A stretch of DNA of 61,248 nt, counting the filler. It is 5 parts of 5 records of this genome, joined end to end, with 100 filler letters (N's around TTAATTAATTAA, not from the genome) between each part and the next. Parts side by side here need not be neighbours in the genome. Positions count along the whole stretch, not along the records: positions 1 to 25,872 come from SRR31156797_14609; 4 more parts are not named here. One strand, written 5' to 3'. Positions 8,290 to 17,638 of this stretch are shown here, one piece after another (position 1 is the stretch's first letter; every line of letters starts with the position of its first letter). Position numbers and translations under genes: made by a program. The notes below the pieces were generated by a model. It had not been told where the DNA came from. It saw nothing but the letters and a program-made list of their open reading frames with translations, and did no database searches.

Positions 8290-9852
8290 ATGTCAAACGG
8301 TAACGCAGCTGTCGCAGCAAAGCCCATGGCCGGAACTGAGACTGCAGAACAGGGGACAACACTTAAACAGGGCAAAATGCTGTTCACCAGCACCATGACC
8401 TTTATTGTCATGGTAGTCCTTGCAGGACTACTCTTCCCGGACAAATTATACGATGTAGGTATCGGAACAATGAACTACCTGACCGAAACCTTCGGTTGGA
8501 TCTACATGGCGGGTTCATTCCTCTATGTACTGGTTATGTTCTACTTTGCCTTCAGCAAATACGGCAACATCCGCTTTGGTGACGATGATTCCAAACCAGA
8601 ATTCAGCACCTTCTCATGGATGGGAATGCTCTTCTCCGCCGGTATGGGTACCGTAATGCTCTACTGGGGGGTTGCAGAACCTGTCTATCATTACATCAAT
8701 CCGCTGGTGACTACCGGTATTGCTCCCCAGACTCCGGAAGCAGCCGAATTCGCCATGAAACAGAGCTTCATCCATCAGGGTATTCAGGCATGGTCCGCCT
8801 TCTCTGTTGTCGGCCTGATCCTCGGCTACCTGATGTACCGTAAAAAAGAGAACGGCCTGATCTCCAACATCCTGCTGCCTTGGGGCCGCGACAAAGCCAA
8901 CGGCAACCTTGGTAAAATTGTCAACCTGATCTGTGTATTCGGTGCCATCGCCGGTATCTCCACCTCTCTGGGCCAGACCGGACTTTCCCTGAGTGTAAGC
9001 TTCTCTTACCTGCTGGGAACCCCGGACTCCACCATGACCAAACTGCTCGTGGTCGGAACCATCACCGGTATTACCGTGCTCTGCACCACCACCGGTCTTG
9101 AGAAAGGTATCAAAGTCCTTTCCGACTACAACGCATACCTGCTCATGGGCCTTATTCTGCTGGTAGGTCTCGTCGGACCGACCACCACAATGCTCAACGT
9201 ATACTTCGATTCCCTTGGAAACTACATGAACGACTTCTTCCGCGACGGCCTCATGCTGCCTACTTTCGCACCAGAAGAAGAAACTTCATGGGTCACCGGC
9301 TGGCCGATCTACTACTACGCATGGGCTATCGCATGGGCACCCTTTGTCGGTCCCTTTATTGCCCGCGTATCCAAAGGCCGCACTGTACGTGAATTCATCC
9401 TCGGTTCCATGATCCTGCCCTGCCTCGGAATCTTCCTCTGGGTAGCATTCTTCGGCACCATCGGTATTCAGGCTCCGGTTGAAGCACTCAAGGCTGCAGC
9501 AGCTTCCTCCAAGGCAGCAACGTTCATCGTCCTTGAAGGCTTCCCCTTGGGTTCCCTCATCTCATGGGGTGTAGTTCTCGCGCTGTTCACCTGCTTTATC
9601 ACTTCCCTGAACAGCTCCACCTTCACCTTAAGCTCCATGAGTCAGGACGGCGCAGCCAACCCGAGCAACAGAATGAAAACCATCTGGACCATTGCTCAGG
9701 CTTCCATGGCACTGACCCTCATGCTCGGTAGTAAGACCGGTATTGAACTCCTGCAGAGTATCAGCCTGATCTTCGCCCTGCCCCTCATGTTCGTGCTCTT
9801 CCTGTGCATGATCAGTACGGTCAAGATGTTCCGCGAGGAATTCCAGAACTAG
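8290..9852 (+). CDS. BCCT-family transporter
   Basis: PEFSTFSWMGMLFSAGMG, WAPFVGPFIARVSKGRTVREF, about 12 hydrophobic segments. Confidence 0.92.
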   Translation: MSNGNAAVAAKPMAGTETAEQGTTLKQGKMLFTSTMTFIVMVVLAGLLFPDKLYDVGIGTMNYLTETFGWIYMAGSFLYVLVMFYFAFSKYGNIRFGDDDSKPEFSTFSWMGMLFSAGMGTVMLYWGVAEPVYHYINPLVTTGIAPQTPEAAEFAMKQSFIHQGIQAWSAFSVVGLILGYLMYRKKENGLISNILLPWGRDKANGNLGKIVNLICVFGAIAGISTSLGQTGLSLSVSFSYLLGTPDSTMTKLLVVGTITGITVLCTTTGLEKGIKVLSDYNAYLLMGLILLVGLVGPTTTMLNVYFDSLGNYMNDFFRDGLMLPTFAPEEETSWVTGWPIYYYAWAIAWAPFVGPFIARVSKGRTVREFILGSMILPCLGIFLWVAFFGTIGIQAPVEALKAAAASSKAATFIVLEGFPLGSLISWGVVLALFTCFITSLNSSTFTLSSMSQDGAANPSNRMKTIWTIAQASMALTLMLGSKTGIELLQSISLIFALPLMFVLFLCMISTVKMFREEFQN

Positions 9853-9961
9853 CAACGTAGGACCTCCACTCCTAGGACATTACCTACAGAGACCCGTTGG
9901 CGCGGACAGCACCACATCCCCCGCGCCAACGGGCAAAATTTCAAAGCAAGAAGAAAGACAT

Positions 9962-11161
9962 ATGTTTGATAAAATTGTTGCACGCACCGGACATTACGAA
10001 CAGGAAATATACGATTTCGCCAGCGAACTGATCCGCATTGAAAGCCTCTCCGGTCAGGAAGGCGGGGTAGCAAAAGCTGTTTCCGCAAAAATGGAACAAC
10101 TCGGATTTGATAAGGTCGAAACAGACGAAATGGGCAATGTCTGCGGTTCAGTGGGGTACGGCCCCGCCCTTGTCTGTGTTGACGGACACATGGATGTTGT
10201 CGGTACCGGCGAAGAAAGCCTCTGGTCCCGTCCCTCCCTTTCCGGAGATCAGGATGATGACAAGATTTACGGACGCGGCGCAACAGACATGAAATCCGCC
10301 ATCGCTTCCATGGTTTACGCAGGCAGAGTCCTCAAGGATCTTGAACTGACCGACGGCCTTACTTACATGGTCTGCGCCAGCGTGCAGGAAGAGCCATGCG
10401 AAGGGCTGGCTTGGGAATATATGATTGAAGAACGCGGCATGCGCCCTGATTTCGTCATCCTTGCCGAACCCAGCGATGACAAGATTTCACTGGCCCAGAA
10501 AGGGCGTATGGAACTGAAAGTTTCTGTTTCCGGCAAAACCGCCCACGCTTCCACCCCGCATATGGGCGACAACGCCATCTACAAAATGGCCCGCATCATT
10601 GCCGATCTGGAATCACTGAATTCAAACATGGAAATTGAAGACAGTGAGCTTGGAAAAGGCTGCCTTGTTGTATCCGAAGTAAATTCCCATGCCCCTTCCA
10701 GATGCTCAGTTGCAGACTACTGTGAAATATCCATCGACAGACGACTCACTTGGGGAGAATCCGCAGAGTATGCCCTAGAACAGATCAAAAATTTGCCCAG
10801 CGTTGCCGATTCAGGGGCCCAAGTTGAGTGCTACCTTTTTGAAGAGCCTTCCTACACCGGAAAAACCTGTTCCAAAGAATGCATCTTCCCGGCTTGGAAA
10901 CTTGAAAAAGAGCATGTTGTGACCAATGCAACCAAAGAAGCATTCAAGGGTCTGTTCAGCAAAGAAGCAACCCTGACCACCTGGCCCTTTTCCACCAACG
11001 GCGTAGCCATCATGGGCAAAAATGATATTCCGGTTATCGGTTACGGTCCCGGCACCCTTGATGCCTGCCATGTTCCCGATGAGTACGTAAGCAAAGCACA
11101 GGTTCTTGATGCGGCTATGATGTACGCAGCAATTCCTGTAATATATACCAACAACAAATAG
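9962..11161 (+). CDS. ygeY: YgeY-like M20/ArgE-family hydrolase
   Basis: DGHMDVVG, GRGATDMK, VQEEPCEG, DRRLTWGE, WPFSTNGVAIMG, HVPDE. Confidence 0.82.
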   Translation: MFDKIVARTGHYEQEIYDFASELIRIESLSGQEGGVAKAVSAKMEQLGFDKVETDEMGNVCGSVGYGPALVCVDGHMDVVGTGEESLWSRPSLSGDQDDDKIYGRGATDMKSAIASMVYAGRVLKDLELTDGLTYMVCASVQEEPCEGLAWEYMIEERGMRPDFVILAEPSDDKISLAQKGRMELKVSVSGKTAHASTPHMGDNAIYKMARIIADLESLNSNMEIEDSELGKGCLVVSEVNSHAPSRCSVADYCEISIDRRLTWGESAEYALEQIKNLPSVADSGAQVECYLFEEPSYTGKTCSKECIFPAWKLEKEHVVTNATKEAFKGLFSKEATLTTWPFSTNGVAIMGKNDIPVIGYGPGTLDACHVPDEYVSKAQVLDAAMMYAAIPVIYTNNK

Positions 11162-11180
11162 TCCTAAGGAGATTAATACA

Positions 11181-11561
11181 ATGAAAACACAGATCAATAC
11201 CACCAATGCTCCCGGAGCAGTAGGCCCTTACTCTCAGGCAATCAAAGCCGGCAACACCCTTTATGTTTCCGGTCAGCTGCCCATTAACCCCGAAACCGGC
11301 AAAATGTGCGAAGGTTCCATTGAAGAGTGTACTCGTCAGGCTCTTGAGAACCTCAAAGCAATCGTAACCGAAGCAGGCGGTTCTCTGGATAACGTTGTAA
11401 AAACAACTGTATTCATGGCCGACCTCGGTGACTTTGTTGCAGCAAACGGCGTTTATGCTGAATACTTTGCTAAGCCTTTCCCCGCACGTAGCGCATTTCA
11501 GGTTGCCGCTCTGCCCCTTGGCGGCCGTATTGAAATCGAAGCAATAGTAGTTCTGGATTAA
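11181..11561 (+). CDS. ridA: RidA-family enamine/imine deaminase
   Basis: APGAVGPYSQAI, SGQLP, FPARSAFQVAALP, IEIEA. Confidence 0.93.
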   Translation: MKTQINTTNAPGAVGPYSQAIKAGNTLYVSGQLPINPETGKMCEGSIEECTRQALENLKAIVTEAGGSLDNVVKTTVFMADLGDFVAANGVYAEYFAKPFPARSAFQVAALPLGGRIEIEAIVVLD

Positions 11562-11582
11562 TTAAATTCCGGAAGGCGTAAT

Positions 11583-11619
11583 AAAGCCCCGCAATGCGTT
11601 GTTGCATTGCGGGGCTTTT
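11583..11619. terminator. Bidirectional terminator between convergent genes
   Basis: AAAGCCCCGCAATGC...GCATTGCGGGGCTTT. Confidence 0.85.
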
Positions 11620-11631
11620 GCGTTCTTCTTT

Positions 11632-13302
11632 CTATCCCCCGGCGGACTTCAATCCCATCTTACGCATCTTGCTCCTGAGCGTACTTGGGTTGAGCTCAAG
11701 CAGTTCCGCTGCACCGCCGGGACCGTTAATTCTTCCCCCTGCCTTTGCAAGGGCAGCAAGGATGGCCTCTTTTATTGTTTGTTCAAGAGGTTTAACCTCA
11801 GTCTGGTCAGACTGATCCACTTGGGGAAGCTGAATAGGCCCGGAACCGAGATTCAACTTTGCAAGATGCTTTTCAAGCATGATCTCTACCCGGGCATCGA
11901 TGGTCTTCTCAAAATAGCTCTGGCTTTCTTCAGGTGAAATATACCATCCCTCATCTTGTGGGAGCAGCTTATCCAGCAGTAAAGGACCGTGCGGATAGAG
12001 GGTCAGACCGCGCTTGACCAGGTTTTCAAGCTCGCGGACATTACCGGGCCATGAATATTGCAACAAACGGTCAACTGTCTGCTCAGGCAACTGCGGAAGA
12101 CTTTTTATACCCAACTCATCACAGCCGCGCTTCATAAATAAATAGATCAATTCCGGGATATCCTGCGTACGTTCGCGCAAAGGAGGAACTTGGACGGGAA
12201 AAACATAAAGACGGTAATAAAGGTCCTCACGGAAGGTGCCTTCCTGCAGCATGAGTTCAAGGTTACGGTTGGTGGCTGCAATAACCCGCACATCCACCTC
12301 AATTGACTTCGTGCTACCGATCCGTTCCACCACATTGTTCTGCAAAACACGCAGCAAACGGACCTGTGCCTGCAAGGGTAATTCGCCAATTTCATCAAGG
12401 AACAGAGTTCCCCCGTTGGCCTGTTCAAAGCGGCCCGGACGGGAGGTAGTTGCCCCGGTAAAGGCCCCCTTTTCATAGCCGAAGAGTTCACTATCGACCA
12501 ATGAATCAGGGATAGCCCCGCAGTTTACCTTCACAAAAGGCTTGTCCTTGCGTGGAGAAATAGCATGGATGGCATCGGCAATAAGTTCTTTACCTACCCC
12601 GGTCTCGCCCAGAATCAGAGCCGGAACCTCCCTGTTCTCAAGCTGGTGGACCACTTCCATAGTTGATTTCAAGCCACCCTGATCCCCCACAATCCGCCGT
12701 TCACGCAAAGTCTCCAGATCCTTTTCCAACCCGTCACGCTCTACGCGCAGCCTTTCCTGAAACTCCATGGTCCGCTGATATTGCAGCAGATTGGACATGG
12801 TCAGTGCAAATGGAGTGACCAGCAAAGCAAATTTACGCTCATGCTCCTGGGTAAAACAATTCGGATGCGTACCCATAAGGCAAAGATGTCCCAGAACTTC
12901 CTTTTCCGAACGCAAAACGCAAACCATATAAGCCCGTTCCTTCAGCGGGACCAGCTCTGACAGACTTTCACTATGCAGAGCTGAAACCGGAGAATCCATG
13001 TTTCGCGGTACCTTGATGACTCCGCTGACCCCCTGATTATGAAGAAAAAGGGAATTGGCCGCTTCCTCGGACAGAGGGGCCACGATTTCCACAAAATCAA
13101 ACCGCCCTTCCTGCACCAGAAACAGAAGCTTTAAGGCTTTCAAATCCGGGGAATACTGATGCAGGGAAATGGCATCAATGGGAAAATGTTCGGCAAGAAA
13201 CTCAAAGGTCTCAATGAGCGATTTCTGCATGTCCAGACTTCCGGTCAGCCGGGCCATAGCTTCGCTTAAAAATTTAAGATTACTCTCTCGGGAATGAGGC
13301 AT
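11632..13302 (-). CDS. Sigma54-dependent activator with N-terminal GAF-like domain (FhlA-like)
   Basis: GETGVGKE, GAFTGA, WPGNVRELEN, GAAELLELNPSTLRSKM; AAGGAG RBS favours ATG 13302. Confidence 0.9.
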   Translation of the reverse strand: MPHSRESNLKFLSEAMARLTGSLDMQKSLIETFEFLAEHFPIDAISLHQYSPDLKALKLLFLVQEGRFDFVEIVAPLSEEAANSLFLHNQGVSGVIKVPRNMDSPVSALHSESLSELVPLKERAYMVCVLRSEKEVLGHLCLMGTHPNCFTQEHERKFALLVTPFALTMSNLLQYQRTMEFQERLRVERDGLEKDLETLRERRIVGDQGGLKSTMEVVHQLENREVPALILGETGVGKELIADAIHAISPRKDKPFVKVNCGAIPDSLVDSELFGYEKGAFTGATTSRPGRFEQANGGTLFLDEIGELPLQAQVRLLRVLQNNVVERIGSTKSIEVDVRVIAATNRNLELMLQEGTFREDLYYRLYVFPVQVPPLRERTQDIPELIYLFMKRGCDELGIKSLPQLPEQTVDRLLQYSWPGNVRELENLVKRGLTLYPHGPLLLDKLLPQDEGWYISPEESQSYFEKTIDARVEIMLEKHLAKLNLGSGPIQLPQVDQSDQTEVKPLEQTIKEAILAALAKAGGRINGPGGAAELLELNPSTLRSKMRKMGLKSAGG

Positions 13303-13455
13303 AGTCAACTCCTTGTAAACTTAAACCTGCCACAGACTATTTAATAAAACAATAGATCTTTAAACTTAACAACTATCGTTTTATTTAGCAGCCAGAAAAG
13401 CCCTTAAAACGACCTCTCACAAATACAACACGCTGATTTTAAAGAACTTAGCACA

Positions 13456-13472
13456 TTGGCACATTTCTTGGT
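13456..13472 (+). promoter_or_regulatory. Probable sigma54 promoter of the rdh operon (variant -12)
   Basis: TTGGCACATTTCTTGG: consensus -24 element, -12 GG instead of GC. Confidence 0.6.
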
Positions 13473-13496
13473 TTATGAGCAGCAAGGAGAGAAGCC

Positions 13497-14399
13497 ATGA
13501 ACATGTCAATGCAGCAAATCAATGAAGAACGGCTCAGGAAGCGTATTTGCGAATACAAGGATGAACGCGAATACCGTTCCCTGACAGAGTACCTTATCGG
13601 GGAACTCGCCTCCGGGCATGTTCCCATGCAGCTTCAGGCCAAGGCTTACAACGAACTTGGACTGGCCCACCTGCAGCTGGATGAGCCGCTTGAAGCGGAG
13701 AAATCTTTTTTATCGGCACTTGAGCGTGATCCACAAGCGCTTAACCCAAAATTCAATCTGGCTAACCTTGCCATGTACGCCCAGAGATATGAACAGGCCG
13801 AGGAACTATTTCATGAAATTCTTGAAATGGAACCCAGCCATATCGGGGCGAGATTTCATGCCGGGCTCTGCCTAGCCATGAGCGATCAGTCGGACCAAGC
13901 CCTACCCTATTTTGAATCCAGTGCCGCGGCCGCACCGCAGGCCATGGGCCCAAATTTCTGGGCAGCTGAAACCCTTGTAGCCAAAAAACGTTTCAAGGAA
14001 GCCCTGCCCTATTTCCGCAAAGCAACTGAAATCACCCCCGACCACCGTGAATCACAACGCGGAGTTGCAATCTGCCTGCTTGAAACCGGACAGAACGATG
14101 AATGCGTTGAGCAATGTGACACGCTCATCCTCTCCGGCCAAGGAGCGGAATACCTTGCATGGCAGATAAAGGGCGATGCCCTCATCGAAATGGGTGAAAT
14201 CGAAGCCGCTGCCCTCAGTCATCTGGAGCTGGCAGACATGGATTTCGATGCCCGTGATTTCCTGATCATGCGGGCCAAGGAACTCCGTAAGGAGTACCCG
14301 CACTATGTATCCCGCTACGCAGCGGTGATCATCGACGTTATCCCCGAACTTGAGCCTGCCTTTAACGGAATCTGCAATGATTCCATGGCGGAGCAGTAA
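13497..14399 (+). CDS. Tetratricopeptide-repeat protein
   Basis: Repeated AYNELGLAH..., KFNLANLA..., RFHAGLCLA... TPR-like helices. Confidence 0.85.
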   Translation: MNMSMQQINEERLRKRICEYKDEREYRSLTEYLIGELASGHVPMQLQAKAYNELGLAHLQLDEPLEAEKSFLSALERDPQALNPKFNLANLAMYAQRYEQAEELFHEILEMEPSHIGARFHAGLCLAMSDQSDQALPYFESSAAAAPQAMGPNFWAAETLVAKKRFKEALPYFRKATEITPDHRESQRGVAICLLETGQNDECVEQCDTLILSGQGAEYLAWQIKGDALIEMGEIEAAALSHLELADMDFDARDFLIMRAKELRKEYPHYVSRYAAVIIDVIPELEPAFNGICNDSMAEQ

Positions 14400-14419
14400 A
14401 CATATTCCCGGAGGAACTC

Positions 14420-16087
14420 ATGTCTGAAGAACAAAATGCGTTGGATATAATCAACGATCCCAAGAACCGTATGTCTTCCCCGGACAGTTCTGCCACTGAG
14501 CAGCCTGAACCGGAAAACATGGATAAAGAGCAAAAGCCTGCAAAGAAAGGTTTCAGCCGCCGTAATTTCCTGAAATTCGGAGGGGTAGCAGCCGCTGCAG
14601 CCACTGTGGCCGGAGCCGGAGGAGCCGGGTTTGCCATTGGCCGTTCCGATCAGGCTTACACCGGATACGGCCAGACCTATCAGGGCGGGGACCAATTCTT
14701 TAACCGTGAGCCGTTCCGCTGCGATGTCCCGGCCATGATGACCCCGGTGGGGGAAGTCGAACGCCCCGACTGGACAGATTACCTTTTCCTGCGCCTTGCC
14801 GCGCTGGTAAAGATCATCAAATCCGGCGAGTGGAACCCGGAAATGGGAGTGGACAAACTTCCCGGTCCCGTAGGCGACCACTACCGAGCCCGTCCCGGTG
14901 AACTTGAAATCATGCTCAATTCCCTGCAACGCAACATCAAGCGCAGTGAGGCATGGAAGAACGGGAAAGACAAGAAATACGCCCTCGCAGGAGCATACAA
15001 CATGGCCCTGCGCAAGGGCGGTATGGAATTCTCCGACCACACCAACCGTCTCCCCGCCGACCCGCAGGATGAATACAATAAAACCGGAAAACCCGTACCT
15101 CCTGAAGACTGGGATTTCCGGGGTATCTGGCGCAAAGAGCCCATGGAATTCAAATCCCCGGCCCATGCATCAAAGCTAATTAAGCGCATGGCCCACCAGT
15201 TCGGCATGTCCTTGGTGGGTATCACCAAGTTCGATCCCCGTTTCATGTTCAAGAACGTCATGCGCGGTATGCCTGACAAGGGCCAGAAATGGGGAGACAA
15301 AGTTCCCGAGCACTGGAAATCCATCATCGTCTTCGGCGTACCCATGAACTGGGATGGGACATATTCCGCCATCGGCTACTCTACTTCCTTTGATGCCTAT
15401 TTCCGCTCCCGCTGTGCTGCCAGCCTCATGGAACAATTCATCAAGGAACTGGGCTATCCGGCCCGCGCCCAATTTCCGGGCCACAACTATGAAATCATGA
15501 TGAGCCCATATGTACAGCTTGCGGGACTCGGCCAGTACAGCCGTGCAGGAGTGGTCATGGTCCCCGAACTGGGCGCAAACTTCCGCCCCGCAGCAGTAGT
15601 TACCAATATCGAGTTTGAATACGACAAGCCCATCGACGTAAAAATGGCTGATTTCTGCCTGAAGTGTAAGATCTGCGCCGACAACTGCCCGTCAGGTGCC
15701 ATTCCGCATGACGACCGCCCCAAAACCGTTGTGCGCGGGTTCAAACGCTGGAAGCTGGACGAAGAGAAATGCTACTCGCAATGGGCCGGAGGCCCCACTC
15801 AGGACGGTCTCGGTTGCAGGGTCTGCATCGGTGTATGCCCCTATTCCCGCAAGAACACATGGATTCACACCATATCCCGAGAGATTGAGCCGCGCGACCC
15901 AACAGGCATGTTTGCCACCGGACTACTGGCCATGCAGAAGAACTTTTTCAAGTTCAACGAGGCCGAGGATTACCGTTCAGAGTGGGATGGCGGCAAGGAA
16001 GCAAACTACCACAATCCGCCGTGGTGGCTGCGTGCCGAGAACTTCCTCAATGTCGAAAAAGACTGGGAATACCACGGCATGGAGTAG
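14420..16087 (+). CDS. rdhA: Respiratory-type reductive dehalogenase catalytic subunit
   Basis: Tat motif SRRNFLK; AGLGQYSRAG...PELGANFRP; CLKCKICADNCP and C-x14-CRVCIGVCP Fe-S motifs. Confidence 0.92.
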   Translation: MSEEQNALDIINDPKNRMSSPDSSATEQPEPENMDKEQKPAKKGFSRRNFLKFGGVAAAAATVAGAGGAGFAIGRSDQAYTGYGQTYQGGDQFFNREPFRCDVPAMMTPVGEVERPDWTDYLFLRLAALVKIIKSGEWNPEMGVDKLPGPVGDHYRARPGELEIMLNSLQRNIKRSEAWKNGKDKKYALAGAYNMALRKGGMEFSDHTNRLPADPQDEYNKTGKPVPPEDWDFRGIWRKEPMEFKSPAHASKLIKRMAHQFGMSLVGITKFDPRFMFKNVMRGMPDKGQKWGDKVPEHWKSIIVFGVPMNWDGTYSAIGYSTSFDAYFRSRCAASLMEQFIKELGYPARAQFPGHNYEIMMSPYVQLAGLGQYSRAGVVMVPELGANFRPAAVVTNIEFEYDKPIDVKMADFCLKCKICADNCPSGAIPHDDRPKTVVRGFKRWKLDEEKCYSQWAGGPTQDGLGCRVCIGVCPYSRKNTWIHTISREIEPRDPTGMFATGLLAMQKNFFKFNEAEDYRSEWDGGKEANYHNPPWWLRAENFLNVEKDWEYHGME

Positions 16088-16090
16088 AGC

Positions 16091-16163
16091 TGATGCACTT
16101 CGCGCTTTTGATGAATTGATTTCGCCTCCGGCGGCCAAAGGGACTAAGCCCCTTTGGAATCCC
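16091..16163. repeat. REP-like palindromic intergenic repeat, copy 1
   Basis: TGATGCACTTCGCGCTTTT...GCCTCCGGCGGCCAAAGGGACTAAGCCCCTTTGGAATCCC; related copy at 25827-25872. Confidence 0.7.
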
Positions 16164-16188
16164 TATTAGCTAAGAAAGGAGAAGTATA

Positions 16189-16515
16189 ATGTTTCCCGGA
16201 ACTACTATGCTTGATTATATATTCTGGATGATCATGGGTGCTTTGCAGGTACTCGTGATCCTTGGACTTATGGAATGGCTCAAACATTACGGACGTAAAA
16301 TTATCTGGTGGCAGGTGGCCCTATTCTACGCCGGATTCGCCTCCCTGTGTTCTGTTGTAGCAGGCGGCACCACCCTCATGGGCGAATATGAATCCATTGC
16401 CGGATGGTATTTTATCGGCGTGCTCGGCCTACCCGTTGTTATTTGTCTCGCAATCGCCGTCAGACTCTTCATCATGAAGAAACCTGGAGAAAAGCGTGTC
16501 CAAGAAAACAATTGA
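16189..16515 (+). CDS. rdhB: Small 3-TM membrane anchor of the dehalogenase
   Basis: 108 aa, three hydrophobic segments, directly after rdhA. Confidence 0.75.
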   Translation: MFPGTTMLDYIFWMIMGALQVLVILGLMEWLKHYGRKIIWWQVALFYAGFASLCSVVAGGTTLMGEYESIAGWYFIGVLGLPVVICLAIAVRLFIMKKPGEKRVQENN

Positions 16516-17638
16516 GAAAATTCTGGCCGTAGCAACTATCTGCATCCTTGCTGCAGCATGGTTCGCCGGAGGGATGCGTTCCGAGGGCGCTAACCTCAGC
16601 CGGATAAAAAATATATCCCCTGAAATTGAACTGATTAAACAGGTCAGCCCTTCGGTTTATGAAGGGCAGCGCAAAGGCAATCCTTCGGAAAAGATCTACA
16701 TCGCTTTGGCAGAATACCCCAGCTACGGCGGCCCCTTGCAGGTAGCTGTTGTAGTTAACAGCAATAAAGCCATCGAACGGGTTGCGTTGATCAAATCTAC
16801 GGACACCACCACTTATATTGACCGGGTTTTGAATGAAGGTATTCTCGACGCTTTCCTCGGCGTCAAAGACACTCAACTGCCGAAGGTTGATGCCATTGCC
16901 GGGGCAACCCTTTCTTCCACAGCCATGATCATGGGTGTGCAAGATGCCATTGCCAAAATTCAGGGCAAAGAAACAGTTCAAGCAACAGTCTCCCTCTCTT
17001 CGGAAGAAATGATCAAGGCCGGACTGACCGTGGCCCTGTTCATAATGGCTGTCTTCATCGCCAGCCGTTTCTTTCGCTGGAATAAAAACTATGCCCGGTT
17101 GGGACTGTTGGCTGTATCCACTGTGCTGCTCGGTTTCATGTACGGCGCCCAACCATCTCTTGGCTCGGTAGCCCTGTTTCTATCCGGATTATGGACAAAA
17201 GGCATGGCCTCATACACAGCTTTAATCTGTCTTGTTCTCGCTTTGCTGGTCTTCTTCATGACTAAAAAGAACCTGTACTGTTCCATGATCTGTCCCTTCG
17301 GCGGAATTCAGGAAGGTCTGGGGCGGATCACCAAATGCTCCCCGCCCAAAAAGACTGAATGGATGAAATGGACTGCCCGTGGCCTTGCCCTCATCGCATT
17401 GAGTGCAGCACTCTATTTCCGCAATCCGTCTGATGCGCAGTATGCTCCTTTCGGCATGGCTTTTTCGTTTATCGGCTCTGATGCAATCTTTGCTCTTTTC
17501 GTACTGGTTGTTGTGACCTCACTGATTGTAAAACGGCCATGGTGCACTCTGCTTTGCCCGGCCAGCCCGATCTTTGATTACATCGCTTTCATGCGCAATT
17601 GGATCATACCCAAAAAGGAAAAGGAGCAGCATTCATGA
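16496..17638 (+). CDS. rdhC: RdhC/NosR/NirI-like membrane protein with FMN-binding domain
   Basis: DAIAGAT flavinylation motif; two CxxxCP motifs (CSMICP, CTLLCP); multiple TMs. Confidence 0.82.
   Translation: MSKKTIEKILAVATICILAAAWFAGGMRSEGANLSRIKNISPEIELIKQVSPSVYEGQRKGNPSEKIYIALAEYPSYGGPLQVAVVVNSNKAIERVALIKSTDTTTYIDRVLNEGILDAFLGVKDTQLPKVDAIAGATLSSTAMIMGVQDAIAKIQGKETVQATVSLSSEEMIKAGLTVALFIMAVFIASRFFRWNKNYARLGLLAVSTVLLGFMYGAQPSLGSVALFLSGLWTKGMASYTALICLVLALLVFFMTKKNLYCSMICPFGGIQEGLGRITKCSPPKKTEWMKWTARGLALIALSAALYFRNPSDAQYAPFGMAFSFIGSDAIFALFVLVVVTSLIVKRPWCTLLCPASPIFDYIAFMRNWIIPKKEKEQHS

Noticed and set aside
9962-11161. Selenium-related recoding suggested by the usual YgeY annotation
   Set aside because: No in-frame TGA in any gene of the operon and no selenium-utilisation genes on this contig segment.
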